Origin: Candidatus Latescibacterota bacterium
GTDB lineage: Bacteria; Latescibacterota; UBA2968; UBA8231
Assembly (NCBI GenBank): GCA_965208105.1
Contig: OZ242318.1
Span: 2,144,001 to 2,208,000, forward strand
DNA: 64,000 nucleotides
Direction: 5' to 3'
The notes beneath the pieces are model-generated. The model did no database searches. It had not been told where the DNA came from and saw nothing but the letters and a program-made list of their open reading frames with translations. Below, one piece after another: positions 21,112-31,500 of this stretch. Every line of letters begins with the position of its first letter. Within the stretch, counting starts at the first letter, position 1. The position numbers and the translations under genes are program-made.

Positions 21112-21525
21112 CTACTCTTCCGGATTTGCAATCGAAATCCTCGTGGCTCCTGCCAGCTTGAGCTCGTCGAGGACGTCGACAAACATGCGGTAGGTTGCGC
21201 CGCGCTCGGATTTGACCGAGACGATCAGCTTGTCGTTCGCGGCGAGGCGCCTCTCGATCTCCGCCCTGAGGCCTGTAAACTCGATCGGGGTCAACTGAGC
21301 GTCTTCAAAGAAGGCAATCTGGTCGCGGGCATTGATCCAGATATTGCAGATGTTCTTCTGGGGAATTTCCTTGCTCTCGGATACAGGGGGCAACTGAAGG
21401 GACAGACCCTTGTCCTGGTTCATGGTGGTGGTCACCAGAAAGAATGCGATCAGCAAAAATGCGATGTCCGCCATTGAGGCGGTGGGAATTTCGGGCCCCA
21501 CCCGGCGTTCTCTGGTCTGCAGCAT
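21112..21525 (-). CDS. exbD: Biopolymer transport protein ExbD
   Basis: PTASMADIAFLLIAFFLVTT. Confidence 0.92.
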   Translation of the reverse strand: MLQTRERRVGPEIPTASMADIAFLLIAFFLVTTTMNQDKGLSLQLPPVSESKEIPQKNICNIWINARDQIAFFEDAQLTPIEFTGLRAEIERRLAANDKLIVSVKSERGATYRMFVDVLDELKLAGATRISIANPEE

Positions 21526-21529
21526 ACCT

Positions 21530-22150
21530 TTATTTCTCAGCCTGGCCCATCTCAGCGAGGACATCGACCAGCGCGGCGGTATGCTCCTGCATATCGGCGA
21601 TGATGCGGTCGATGCGCGAGGCGAAAAGGTTGTGGAAGAACTGAATGAGAATGCCCACGATCAGGCCCGAGGCTGTGGTTATGAGGGCCTCCGAAATACC
21701 TCCGGCAACTTCGGCGGGGACCACGTCCCCTCTCTGCTTGATGGCCTGGAAGGCATTGATCATACCACTGACCGTGCCCAGAAACCCGATCATGGGTGCG
21801 AGGTTGGCCACGGTCGAGAGCCACACCATGCCGCGTTCCAGAAACGCCATCTCGACAGCGCCTGCGTTCTCAATGGCCTTTTCCACATGGTCGATGCCGC
21901 GCTCCAGGCGCAGCAGGCCGGCGTGGATCACGGAAGCTACCGGTCCCTGAGTCTGGGAGCATAGCTCGGCTGCGCTGTCGGGCCCTTCGGATCTCAGCCT
22001 GCCCTCCAGGTCCTCGAAGAATTTCTCGGCGTTAATCGCCGCCTTCGAAAGGTTGTACAGCCGCTCGATGGTTATGGCGATGCCAAAAATGAGCAACACG
22101 AGCAGGGGCCACATGGCCCACCCACCGTCTTGGAAGAGTTGTAGTAACAT
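21530..22150 (-). CDS. exbB: MotA/TolQ/ExbB proton channel protein
   Basis: APMIGFLGTVSGMI, GISEALITTA. Confidence 0.92.
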   Translation of the reverse strand: MLLQLFQDGGWAMWPLLVLLIFGIAITIERLYNLSKAAINAEKFFEDLEGRLRSEGPDSAAELCSQTQGPVASVIHAGLLRLERGIDHVEKAIENAGAVEMAFLERGMVWLSTVANLAPMIGFLGTVSGMINAFQAIKQRGDVVPAEVAGGISEALITTASGLIVGILIQFFHNLFASRIDRIIADMQEHTAALVDVLAEMGQAEK

Positions 22151-22185
22151 TTTTCCTCCTTTACCCTACTGATTATCTATTTTAT

Positions 22186-23394
22186 CTATTCTTTATCTTC
22201 TCCATCTCCTCCGAAGAAAGCTTTTTTCAACTTCTCTTCTTCGGTCTCCGGAGGCCGGAGGTTCCAGATGCGCTGTTGCGCAATGCGCTCCCACTCGGGA
22301 TCTCTTCTGGCTATTTCGAATGCGGCCAGGGCCTCTTCTTCTGCCCCTTGGGAGGCCAAGGCGTCTCCCTTCAGCAACTGCAAATGAGCGTTGTCTCCAT
22401 CCAGCCGCAGACCGTGATCCAGTTTCTGCCATGCGGCCTTTCGATCGCCTTCGTTGAGGTGCCATTCCACCAATTTAGCCAGGGTTTCCAGGTCCCCGGG
22501 ATCTGCCCGGAACATCCCCTTCAAGCCCTCGAGTTTCATACTCTCGTCACCGTGCTCTTCGGCCAGGGAAACCATGCGGCTGTAGTATGAATGGCGATTC
22601 AAAGAATCGATCTGGACCAGTTGCATCAGTGTTTCGAAGGCGGCATCGACATCGCCCGTCTCCCGCTGCAGCTCGAATATTGACTCCAGAGTATTGACCC
22701 TCTGATTGACTCCCCTCTCCGAAGACGCGGTCCCCACCGAATCGGGCGCCTCCAGCAGACGCTTGCGCCAGACCAGGGACTGCTCCGCCTCCCCCAGGTC
22801 CCCATAGAGATCGGCAATCAACTTGACCAGTTCCCTGTTGCCCTCCTCGCCCTGGGCAAGCCGGACATAATGACTGGTGGCCAAGCGGATCTCTCCCTTG
22901 TGCTGATAATAGTCGGCCATCTTGCGGAGATACTTCGAGTCATCCGGACGCGCCACCAGTACCCGCTCGAGAAAATAGGCCGCCGAATCGGGCGGGGAGT
23001 CGCCAATCGCCGGGTCATGCTGGTAGTCGCCCTTGTATATCTCGTGGAGAAGGAGGTTGGAATTGACGTGCAGGGTGTCGATGGCCACGGCGCGATGGAG
23101 GGCATCCCGTGCCGCTTCGACGAACTCCTGCTTCTGGTCGGAGTCTATCGAATGGCCGCGGCTCTTTTGATAGTAGATCTGGCCGATGAAGAAATGCGCT
23201 TTATGGTCGCCCGGCCTGTATTTCAAATACTCCTGGTAATATTGCAGGGCTGTATCGTATTCCTTTTTCTGGCGCTTCGTCTTGGCCAAAAAGCGGTATT
23301 TGCGAATGGAATCGGCCTCGACCACTTCCGTTGCAGTGGAACTGCCCGCGAGTCCGACAGCAATTCCTATGATCAGCAAATACAACAAGCTCAT
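22186..23394 (-). CDS. Tetratricopeptide repeat protein, secreted
   Basis: Signal peptide and repeated TPR-like helices. Confidence 0.75.
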   Translation of the reverse strand: MSLLYLLIIGIAVGLAGSSTATEVVEADSIRKYRFLAKTKRQKKEYDTALQYYQEYLKYRPGDHKAHFFIGQIYYQKSRGHSIDSDQKQEFVEAARDALHRAVAIDTLHVNSNLLLHEIYKGDYQHDPAIGDSPPDSAAYFLERVLVARPDDSKYLRKMADYYQHKGEIRLATSHYVRLAQGEEGNRELVKLIADLYGDLGEAEQSLVWRKRLLEAPDSVGTASSERGVNQRVNTLESIFELQRETGDVDAAFETLMQLVQIDSLNRHSYYSRMVSLAEEHGDESMKLEGLKGMFRADPGDLETLAKLVEWHLNEGDRKAAWQKLDHGLRLDGDNAHLQLLKGDALASQGAEEEALAAFEIARRDPEWERIAQQRIWNLRPPETEEEKLKKAFFGGDGEDKE

Positions 23395-23813
23395 AAATCG
23401 CGTTGCCCCAATCGGCTGAAAATTCCCCCTGAGGAAAATCTCGTTCTTCAGGGCGGAAATTCGTTCTAATATAGCAAATGGCGGCTTGCCGTGTCAACAC
23501 GGGTCAAGAGCTCACCACATTCCAATTGTGGTATGTCGAACCTTACTGGAGCAATGTTACAGGTCCGTTTCAGGCTGGTGACTCATGCGCAACAATCTTC
23601 TGCCATCCGCTGCCGCCTGACGGTCCTCACCGGACGCCTGCTTCAGGCCACGCCATGCCCGGGAATGGTTCCCCTGGGCCGACCCCGGGGAAAGGCCCGA
23701 TCCGGCTGCAAGTTGCCGCGCCGCCGAGGCCCCGTTCCTTGACAGCTGCGCTTCCCAGACTCAATTTTTCGAAGAAGTTCGTGGAATCCGGTGTCTCACA
23801 AGGGGATCAGAAC

Positions 23814-24401
23814 ATGAAAATGGAGGTGTTCAAGTCACGGGAAAACCAGCGCGTCCGGCAGATCGTCGCTGGCGATATGGAGGCCTTCCGCGGCCTGGTT
23901 CAGGATTACCACCCACTGGCCTACGACCTGGCCTTCAAGACCCTGAACGATAGTCAAGATGCAGAGGAAGTCGTCCAGGATGCCTTCGTCAAAATCCATC
24001 GGGCTCTCGGCGGTTTTCGGGGCGAGGCCGCTCTCAAGACCTGGATCCTGCGAATCGTCTTGCGCCTGAGCCTGAACCGGCGGCGCGACCGCGCCCGCAG
24101 CTCCTGGCAGCGCCTGGGATTGCACCTGGGTGAAGATGGAGAAACCCGGGATACGGCGACGGTGCCCAATCCCGAGACTCTGTGCATCTCCAGGGAGACC
24201 AGGCAGCTTCTGCTGAGTTGGATCGACGAGTTGCCTGATCATCTGCGCCAGGTCCTCGTCCTGAACAGTCTGGAGGAGCTCTCCTACGAAGAAATTGCGC
24301 GCATTCTGCAAATTCCATTGGGCACCGTGAGTTCGCGCATCTATACGGCCCGCAAGAAGCTTCTGAACCAACTCGAGCAGCATAAGTTGCTGAGTCTGTG
24401 A
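23814..24401 (+). CDS. ECF sigma-70 factor
   Basis: DAEEVVQDAF, TWILRI, LSYEEIARILQIPLGTVSSRI. Confidence 0.93.
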   Translation: MKMEVFKSRENQRVRQIVAGDMEAFRGLVQDYHPLAYDLAFKTLNDSQDAEEVVQDAFVKIHRALGGFRGEAALKTWILRIVLRLSLNRRRDRARSSWQRLGLHLGEDGETRDTATVPNPETLCISRETRQLLLSWIDELPDHLRQVLVLNSLEELSYEEIARILQIPLGTVSSRIYTARKKLLNQLEQHKLLSL

Positions 24402-24512
24402 AAACGCAAATTACCCTTGTCCGCGACACGAGCGAGGAATCCCGTCGGAACCTCCGCCTGGGCACCGCCAATCCGGCCTATTCCTTCCTTTCACCATCGT
24501 AGAGGTAAACTA

Positions 24513-24884
24513 ATGCAGGCTCCGTGGCAGAAACGCAAGACAGAGCGTCGGCTATCCGCCTATATTGACGGAGAGCTGGACGAGAGCGAAGCCGCAGAGG
24601 TGAGAGATCGACTCGTCTTCGATCCAAGCTTCTGCGACCGCATGCAGCGCTATGAGCAGGTCGGCTCCCTCGCCAACGCCGCCCTCGCTCCAGCACAACC
24701 TCCCGATTCGCGCGCCTTTGCCGCCCGTCTCATGGATGCCCTGCATGCGGATCCGGGCTACGACGCCATCGTCTCCGAGCCGTCATCCCCCAGCATGCTC
24801 AGACCCGCCCTCCTGGCTTCCGCCGGAATCCTCCTGACCGCAGGCCTGGCCTTTGCAGGATTGCGGCGTCGCAACCTGATTTGA
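24513..24884 (+). CDS. Anti-sigma factor-like protein
   Basis: LSAYIDGEL motif, C-terminal TM helix, downstream of the ECF sigma. Confidence 0.8.
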   Translation: MQAPWQKRKTERRLSAYIDGELDESEAAEVRDRLVFDPSFCDRMQRYEQVGSLANAALAPAQPPDSRAFAARLMDALHADPGYDAIVSEPSSPSMLRPALLASAGILLTAGLAFAGLRRRNLI

Positions 24885-24897
24885 GAGGATCGATTCC

Positions 24898-25794
24898 ATG
24901 AACTGGTTCGAGAGGATGAAGAAGGGATTCAAGTCCCGGATCAAGCGCGAGATCTCCGACAATATCTGGAACAAGTGCACCGGGTGCGGCCACACCAGCT
25001 ACAAAAACACCCTGGAGCGCAATCACTGGATCTGTCCCCAATGCGGCCACTACTTCAGCATGGGGCACGGAGACTACGTCGATCTTCTCGTCGACGCTGG
25101 CTCTTTCGTGGAACTCGACCCCGGCATTAGCGCCGCCGATCCTCTGGGGTTCAAGGACGACAAGCGCTACATCGACCGCATCAAGGCAAGCAAAAAGGCC
25201 AGTGGAATGAACGAGGCGGTCCACACGGGAACGGGACGCATCGGCGGTCATCCCGTAGCCCTGGGCATCATGGACACTCGATTCATCATGGGCAGCCTGG
25301 GAGGCGCAACAGGTGAAAAGATCGTTCGCCTCATCGACAGGGCCATTGCCGATCGCCGCACTCTGATCCTGCTGTCGCAATCGGGAGGTGCGCGCATGCA
25401 GGAAAGCGCCTATTCCCTGATGCAGATGGCCAAGATAAGCGCAAAACTGCACCAGTTGGCGAACGAGGGCCTGCCCTATATCTCCATTTTGACCGATCCC
25501 ACCTACGGAGGCGTCACGGCCAGCTTCGGCATGCTGGGCGACGTCATCATTGCCGAACCTGGAGCCCGAATCGGGTTTGCAGGCCAGTCGGTCATCAAAC
25601 AGTTTCTCAACACCGAATCGCTGCCATCCGGCTTCCAGATCGCAGAGACGGTTCTCGACCACGGATTCATCGACTGCATAGTGGGACGCAAGGAAATGGC
25701 AGCGACCCTCGCCCGGATCATTGCGCTGCTAGCTCCTAAGGGAAAGGGCTCCCGTCCGGCCTTGGCGGGTAAGGCCGCCCCGACTGGTTCCTGA
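24898..25794 (+). CDS. accD: Acetyl-CoA carboxylase carboxyltransferase beta subunit
   Basis: C4 Zn finger, SGGARMQE, PTYGGVTASF. Confidence 0.97.
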   Translation: MNWFERMKKGFKSRIKREISDNIWNKCTGCGHTSYKNTLERNHWICPQCGHYFSMGHGDYVDLLVDAGSFVELDPGISAADPLGFKDDKRYIDRIKASKKASGMNEAVHTGTGRIGGHPVALGIMDTRFIMGSLGGATGEKIVRLIDRAIADRRTLILLSQSGGARMQESAYSLMQMAKISAKLHQLANEGLPYISILTDPTYGGVTASFGMLGDVIIAEPGARIGFAGQSVIKQFLNTESLPSGFQIAETVLDHGFIDCIVGRKEMAATLARIIALLAPKGKGSRPALAGKAAPTGS

Positions 25795-25895
25795 AGATCT
25801 CCAATGGCGCCAGTGGTCGAAGTGTGGTGGCTGATGCAACCGGCACTGAACTGCCAGGTGAAATCGGCTCCCCGGCCTCCAGGAGGGAATCTTCA

Positions 25896-27230
25896 TCAGA
25901 AGATGTTGCGGTACTTCAGACCCAGATAGACCTGCTCGGCGGAAAAACCCAGGTCCGCGCGAATTACGAAGTCAGAATTCCAGTAAACCCTCATCCCCAT
26001 CCCCACCGTCCTCTGCATTCCCCTCGGAGTCAGGCGATCCAGGTCCGGCCATACCCTCCCCAAATCCAAAAAGGAAACCCCGTGCCACTCGAAATACTGC
26101 TTGAAGGCCCTCGTGCTGAAAAGTTGACAGCGCAATTCAGTGTTGGAAAAAAAACGGACATCATCGGTAAACCGCTGCCGGTCAAACCCTCGGAGTGAAT
26201 CGCTGCCACCCAGTCCCTTTACCCTCCTGCTTCCCCCGACCTCTCCATAAGCGTACAGGGGCACCGAACCATTGAGAACTTCAAAAACCGATCGATGGGC
26301 AAGGTTGAGACGCCGTGAAAGGGGGAAATAGCGCGCGTCCGTAATGGTATACCTCCTGAAGTCGATCTCTTCGAAGATCAGGGCCAGGAGGGAATTGCGC
26401 GAGTTCTCGTAGGACCATTCGTGAAAGACGCCCTTGCGCGCAACGGCGTCGTCGTCGCGGGTATCCCAGTTGAAGGTGAGGCTTCCGAAGCTGGTAAATC
26501 CATCTTTTACCCCGTCCGGGGTGCCTTCCTCGACGTAGAAGGACCTGCGGCCGCGCCTGCTGACCTTGGTTCGCTCGATACCCACTCCAATGGACATGGA
26601 AACCGGGCCACCGAGGTGCCGCAGCAGATTGAAGATGAATCGCGGTGCCTCGAGATTGTAGTGGTAGTAGTTCTCGTCCCTGAAATCCGGGTGATTGCGG
26701 TCAAGGTAGCGCTGGTTTAACCTGCTTTTGTTGCCAAGTCCATAGTAGCGGGTGCGTATGTCGTTTCTGAAGCTGGCCAGCAATTGTACTCCGAAGCCCG
26801 TCCCTGAGATTCGCGGTACCCTTATCCGGTAGTAGAACCTCGCGTCCCCCTCTTCGGAACGCAGGGTGTACAGGGTCATCTTGTAGCGATAGGGCCGGCG
26901 GCGGTAGTCCGCCCACTGCAGACGCCCACCATAATTCCACCCCGTGTTGGGGCTGAAGTAGACAATGGGAAGCCCGGTGAATCCATAGGGCACCCCGTTG
27001 ATGGAAAACTGCCGTCGCCGGGCCATCCAGCGCACCATGTCCGCGGTCTGCTCGGTCACCGCCAGCGGGGCCTTCGTCAAGGTGGCCGCCAAGGCCTCCT
27101 CCCGTCGAACGGAGTCTTCCCGAGCTTCTTCACCCGTCCCCGGGTTGACCCAGAGGAAAGGTGACAGAACCAGGATCATCCACGGCCTTCTGTGACTCGG
27201 CGGTCCTTTCTGCACCTCGACCTTCCTCAA
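25896..27230 (-). CDS. BamA/TamA (Omp85)-like outer membrane protein
   Basis: LRGF..RF motif, ELR, GMRVYW, C-terminal aromatic residue. Confidence 0.8.
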   Translation of the reverse strand: MRKVEVQKGPPSHRRPWMILVLSPFLWVNPGTGEEAREDSVRREEALAATLTKAPLAVTEQTADMVRWMARRRQFSINGVPYGFTGLPIVYFSPNTGWNYGGRLQWADYRRRPYRYKMTLYTLRSEEGDARFYYRIRVPRISGTGFGVQLLASFRNDIRTRYYGLGNKSRLNQRYLDRNHPDFRDENYYHYNLEAPRFIFNLLRHLGGPVSMSIGVGIERTKVSRRGRRSFYVEEGTPDGVKDGFTSFGSLTFNWDTRDDDAVARKGVFHEWSYENSRNSLLALIFEEIDFRRYTITDARYFPLSRRLNLAHRSVFEVLNGSVPLYAYGEVGGSRRVKGLGGSDSLRGFDRQRFTDDVRFFSNTELRCQLFSTRAFKQYFEWHGVSFLDLGRVWPDLDRLTPRGMQRTVGMGMRVYWNSDFVIRADLGFSAEQVYLGLKYRNIF

Positions 27231-27240
27231 TGCCGGCTCA

Positions 27241-28053
27241 CTACTTTCCTTCGAATCGCCGGCGGTCCTCCTCCCCGCACTCCGCGGAAAGGGAAAAGCG
27301 AATCGGGGTCATGGCCACCTCACCGCGCTCGAGGGCGGCGATGTCGCCTGGCGTTTCGCATTTCCGGGTCCGCAATTCGACACCACCGTGTTCAACGTAT
27401 CCCGAGCCTTCGTCGAAATCGAAAAACGATCCGTACTCCGTCGGCGTCAATGCAGCGAAGCGCCTGGTCGTATCGGGCGTTGTATGGGGGGGCATGTTCA
27501 CGCTCAACAACGAAACCCCTTGAGGCAGACCCCCTCGGAGAACCTCTTCCACGATCTCGCGGGTCACGAAGGAAGCATTGCGCCACAAGACCTCCAGGGA
27601 CCGGCTCACCTTCCTGTGTCTCCACCACCTTGCGTAATCTTCGGGCCGCAACTGGGCGGAGAACGCGGCGGCGGGCAAACCGCTGAGGACGCCCTCGATG
27701 GCCGCTCCAACCGTGCCCGAACTCAAAAAGTAAGCCAATCCCGCGTTGGCCCCGATGTTTATGCCCGAGACCACCATCGCCGGCCGGGTATCGAACAGGT
27801 TGTGGACCCCCACATTGACGCAATCCGCCGGATATCCATCCAGGGTCCAGACCTGGAAGCCGCCGCATTCCACTTCGCGGAGCTCGAGCCTGGAAACCCT
27901 GCTCAGGATCTTTCCTGTCCAGCTGCACTCACCTGCAGGCACAACCGCCCTCACCTCCACCTTGGAGGAGAATTCCCGCAACAAGGGGACCAGGGCCGGA
28001 GAATCCACCCCGTCGTCATTGGTCAGCAAAACCCATGGTTCTGATGCAGCCAC
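27241..28053 (-). CDS. surE: 5'/3'-nucleotidase SurE
   Basis: LLTNDDG, GYPADCV, SGINIGAN, SGTVGAA. Confidence 0.93.
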   Translation of the reverse strand: MAASEPWVLLTNDDGVDSPALVPLLREFSSKVEVRAVVPAGECSWTGKILSRVSRLELREVECGGFQVWTLDGYPADCVNVGVHNLFDTRPAMVVSGINIGANAGLAYFLSSGTVGAAIEGVLSGLPAAAFSAQLRPEDYARWWRHRKVSRSLEVLWRNASFVTREIVEEVLRGGLPQGVSLLSVNMPPHTTPDTTRRFAALTPTEYGSFFDFDEGSGYVEHGGVELRTRKCETPGDIAALERGEVAMTPIRFSLSAECGEEDRRRFEGK

Positions 28054-28193
28054 GGCCTTACCTCAAAATCTTCCCATGGAAGATTTTCTTGTAACATCGA
28101 AATTTCAGAGGGAAAGCAATCCAGTGAAAATAATAATATATCCGTATAATAATATACCCGTGCACAAACAGCCGATTTAATTATTTTTGTAAG

Positions 28194-28466
28194 GTGGACC
28201 AGGTAGCCATTCTGCAAGAACTCGAGACCCTGGCGGCAGATCTCGCCGTGGAAATTCGCTACGAAGAACTGGATGGCCGCGGCGGCTTGTGCAGGTACGG
28301 GGATAAAACCTGCATAATTGCCAACCGCGCGCTGCAAGTATCCGAACGCGTCCACCTGCTCAGCAAGGAACTTTCCCGTTTTCCCCTTGACGACATATTC
28401 ATCCGGCCGCGCATCCGCGAACTCCTCGAGGACCGTGTTCCCGGACCTGCGTCCGGACTTATATAA
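28194..28466 (+). CDS. Conserved hypothetical protein
   Basis: 90-aa ORF with IRYE..GGLC and IFIRPRIRELL; resembles an ImmA/IrrE N-region without HEXXH. Confidence 0.65.
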   Translation: MDQVAILQELETLAADLAVEIRYEELDGRGGLCRYGDKTCIIANRALQVSERVHLLSKELSRFPLDDIFIRPRIRELLEDRVPGPASGLI

Positions 28467-28574
28467 CTCCTTGACAATATTGGAATTTTATTGTATTTAG
28501 GAGAAGCCCCCACGCCCGTCCCCTTCCCAATTTGTTCTCCGGTTACCTGGTTTTCAGAGAGGGAGGACTGTTTT

Positions 28575-31500
28575 ATGGTTTTTCGCGCCACCGCTCTGTT
28601 CCTTGTCCTCGGCTTCCTCGTGGTGGTACCCGCCCAGGCGCTGCGCTTCTATGTCGACGGCAGCCCCGCTCTCAACGATACTACTCCCCCCAAGGGGGAC
28701 GATCGTCGAAGCGTGCAGAGCGCGCAAAATGACTCCACCCCTTTCCGCACCATCGCCCATGCCCTTCGGGTTGCCCATCTGGTCAAGGAAGGACGCCCCC
28801 ACGTCATCTCCGTCGAGCGCGGCACCTATTCGCCCAGCCGGGGAGAGGTCTTTCCCCTGGTTTTCACCGAGCCCGATATCTACATAAGCACCAGGGGGCT
28901 GACCATATTCGACGCAGAGGGAAAGTCCAACTTCTTCCACCTCACCGGCTCGACCTCGGACTTCGTCATCTCGGGCATCAACTTCATCAACGGCCGCGCT
29001 CCACAGGGGGGTGCGATTTATGCAAGGTCCTGCTCCTTGCGCGTCGTCGACAGCCGCTTCTTCAACAACCAGGCAACCCGGAACGGCCACGTCGTCTACG
29101 TAAGAAACGGCAGACTCAAATTCATCAACAATGTCGTGCGCAACAGCGGCAGTTCCACGGAATCAATCGGCGTCATCGAAACCCACAATGTCTTCCCCGA
29201 CACGGTCAACCGGGACGAAATTCGCAACAATACCTTTTACCGGAACCCCTCGCCGAACATCCGCAGTTCCAGCACCAGGACCGACATCAACAGCAATATT
29301 TTTCTGGGTGAGGCCACCCTCCTGGACGCCGCCTCCGAAGCAGATCCAATGGTGCGCTACAACCTTTTCTGGGAAACCGATGTCCTCTACATCTCCGACA
29401 AAGGCGACACCATAGGGGTTCATCGCACCGTTTTCGACACTCTGGCCTTTACGGAGGTCGGGATTTCCGTACCCCCGTTCATGACCAATTCCCCGCCCGT
29501 CAAGAAGCTGACTTCAGTCGGGGACACTCTAACCTTCGAAGAGCTCGGGATAATGATTCCGCCCCGGGTGACCAACATTCCCGACACCCTGGCCACGGTG
29601 GGACAGCTCTACACCCATACCATCGAGGTCGAGGGCGACCCCTCCGAGTTCTCCTTCGAATCGCTCACCCTGCCCCCCGGTGCCTCCACCACGGGTCTGC
29701 GCAGCATCGAGTGGAGACCCACATTCAACGACACGGGCAGCCACGCGGTGGTGGTCGAGATCGAGGATCCGGAAGGAAGAGTCGATTCCCTCGACTATTA
29801 CATCACCGTTTACAGCGGCCAGAACTTTCCCGACACCACCGATTTTCTCGCCGTCAGAGACGCCACCGGCAGAATCGTCGGCCAGGCCATAGCGACGACC
29901 AAGGTCGAAGTTCCGATCACCGTGGGGGATCTCCATTCCTTCCGCATCGAGGTGGAGGGCAACCGATCCGCCTACCACTTCCACCCCCTTGTTTTCCCCA
30001 TTGGCACCTCCACTGAAGATGTGGAAAATCTGGGCGAGATCCACTGGACACCGACGATTGCCGACACGGGCAGCAACCAGGTCAGGGTCGAGATTATCGA
30101 TCCAACCGGAGATCTTGGCTACCTCAATTACAATATCAGCGTTTTTACTCCGGAAAGCTTCCCGGACACAACGGCCAAAGGTCCTGTCTTCAGATCCACG
30201 GCGGTCAGGGACACCACGGCTGCGATCGAGGCGCTCAACGCCCTTATCCCCAGTTTTTCGAAGCCGGACAGCGCCATGGGCAACCTGTTCGCCGATCCCG
30301 CCTTCCTCGACACCACCATCAACCGCTTCGAGCTGCTGAACCATTCACCTGCCCGCCACGCGGGCGATCCGGCCACTCATCTTGACAATAGATTCGGCGG
30401 CCGCAACCACATCGGCTCGGAGGGAGGACCGGTGAATCCCGGTTCCCGCCATCCAGGCACCTTTCTTGAACTTGACATCGTCAACGTGCCTGACAGTCTC
30501 GCGGTGGAGGGGCAGGCCTACGGATATGACCCCATTCTGGATCCAGGCGCCAAGATCAGTCTGGTCGATCTGCTCCAGGGGCCTCCCTCCATGTTCGAGG
30601 CTTTCGGGAAACTGCCTCCCATCACCTGGACTCCTACCCTTGCCGATACCGGTACTTATCTGGTAGGAGTCAAAGTATTCACCAATTCCGGCCAGGGCCG
30701 GCAATACTATCCCCTGCGTGTCAGGCCTCTCAACGCAAGTCCGGTCGTCACCAGTGTGCCGGCGCCTGTCGCCTTCGAGGATTCCCTGTATTCATACTCA
30801 GTGGCAGCTACGGACGAGGACGGCGACGCCATTACCTTCAGCCTGACCAGCGGGCCCGAGGGGATGAAGGTGGACAGCCGGACGGGCCTGCTCCAATGGA
30901 CCCCGACCCAAAGCGATGTCGGCAGCATTTCAATTCGGATAAAGGTCGACGATGGAAAAGGGGGTACTTCCCACCAGCAGTTCACCCTGGAGGTGCTCGA
31001 TACCAACGATCCACCTCTGATCACCAGCACTCCCGACAGCACCGCAACGGAGGACTCACCCTATCAGTATGTTCTTGAAGCAACAGACCCGGACCCGGCG
31101 GATACCTTGTCCTACAGCCTGGTGTCAGGACCGAGCAAAATCAGCATAGATTCGCTCGGAGTCATGCGCTGGACTCCGCCGCAGTCCGATGTGGGAACTC
31201 AGACCATCACCTTGCGGGTTTCCGACCGCAGGGGGGGGACTGCAGATCAAAATTTCAGAGTGGTAGTCTCCCAGGTGGACGATCCTCCCGAAATTGTCAG
31301 CCAACCCGGTACCACGGCAACGGAAGATGTCCTCTACCGCTATGACCTTCTGGCCAACGACGAAGAAGGGGGTACCCTCACCTACGTCCTCAGTGTGGCT
31401 CCCGAGGACATGCGCATCGACACCACCGGAGGTGTGGAGTGGACCCCCACTGCTGCCGACACCGGGCTGCACGCCATCCGCATCGAAGTGGCAGATCCGG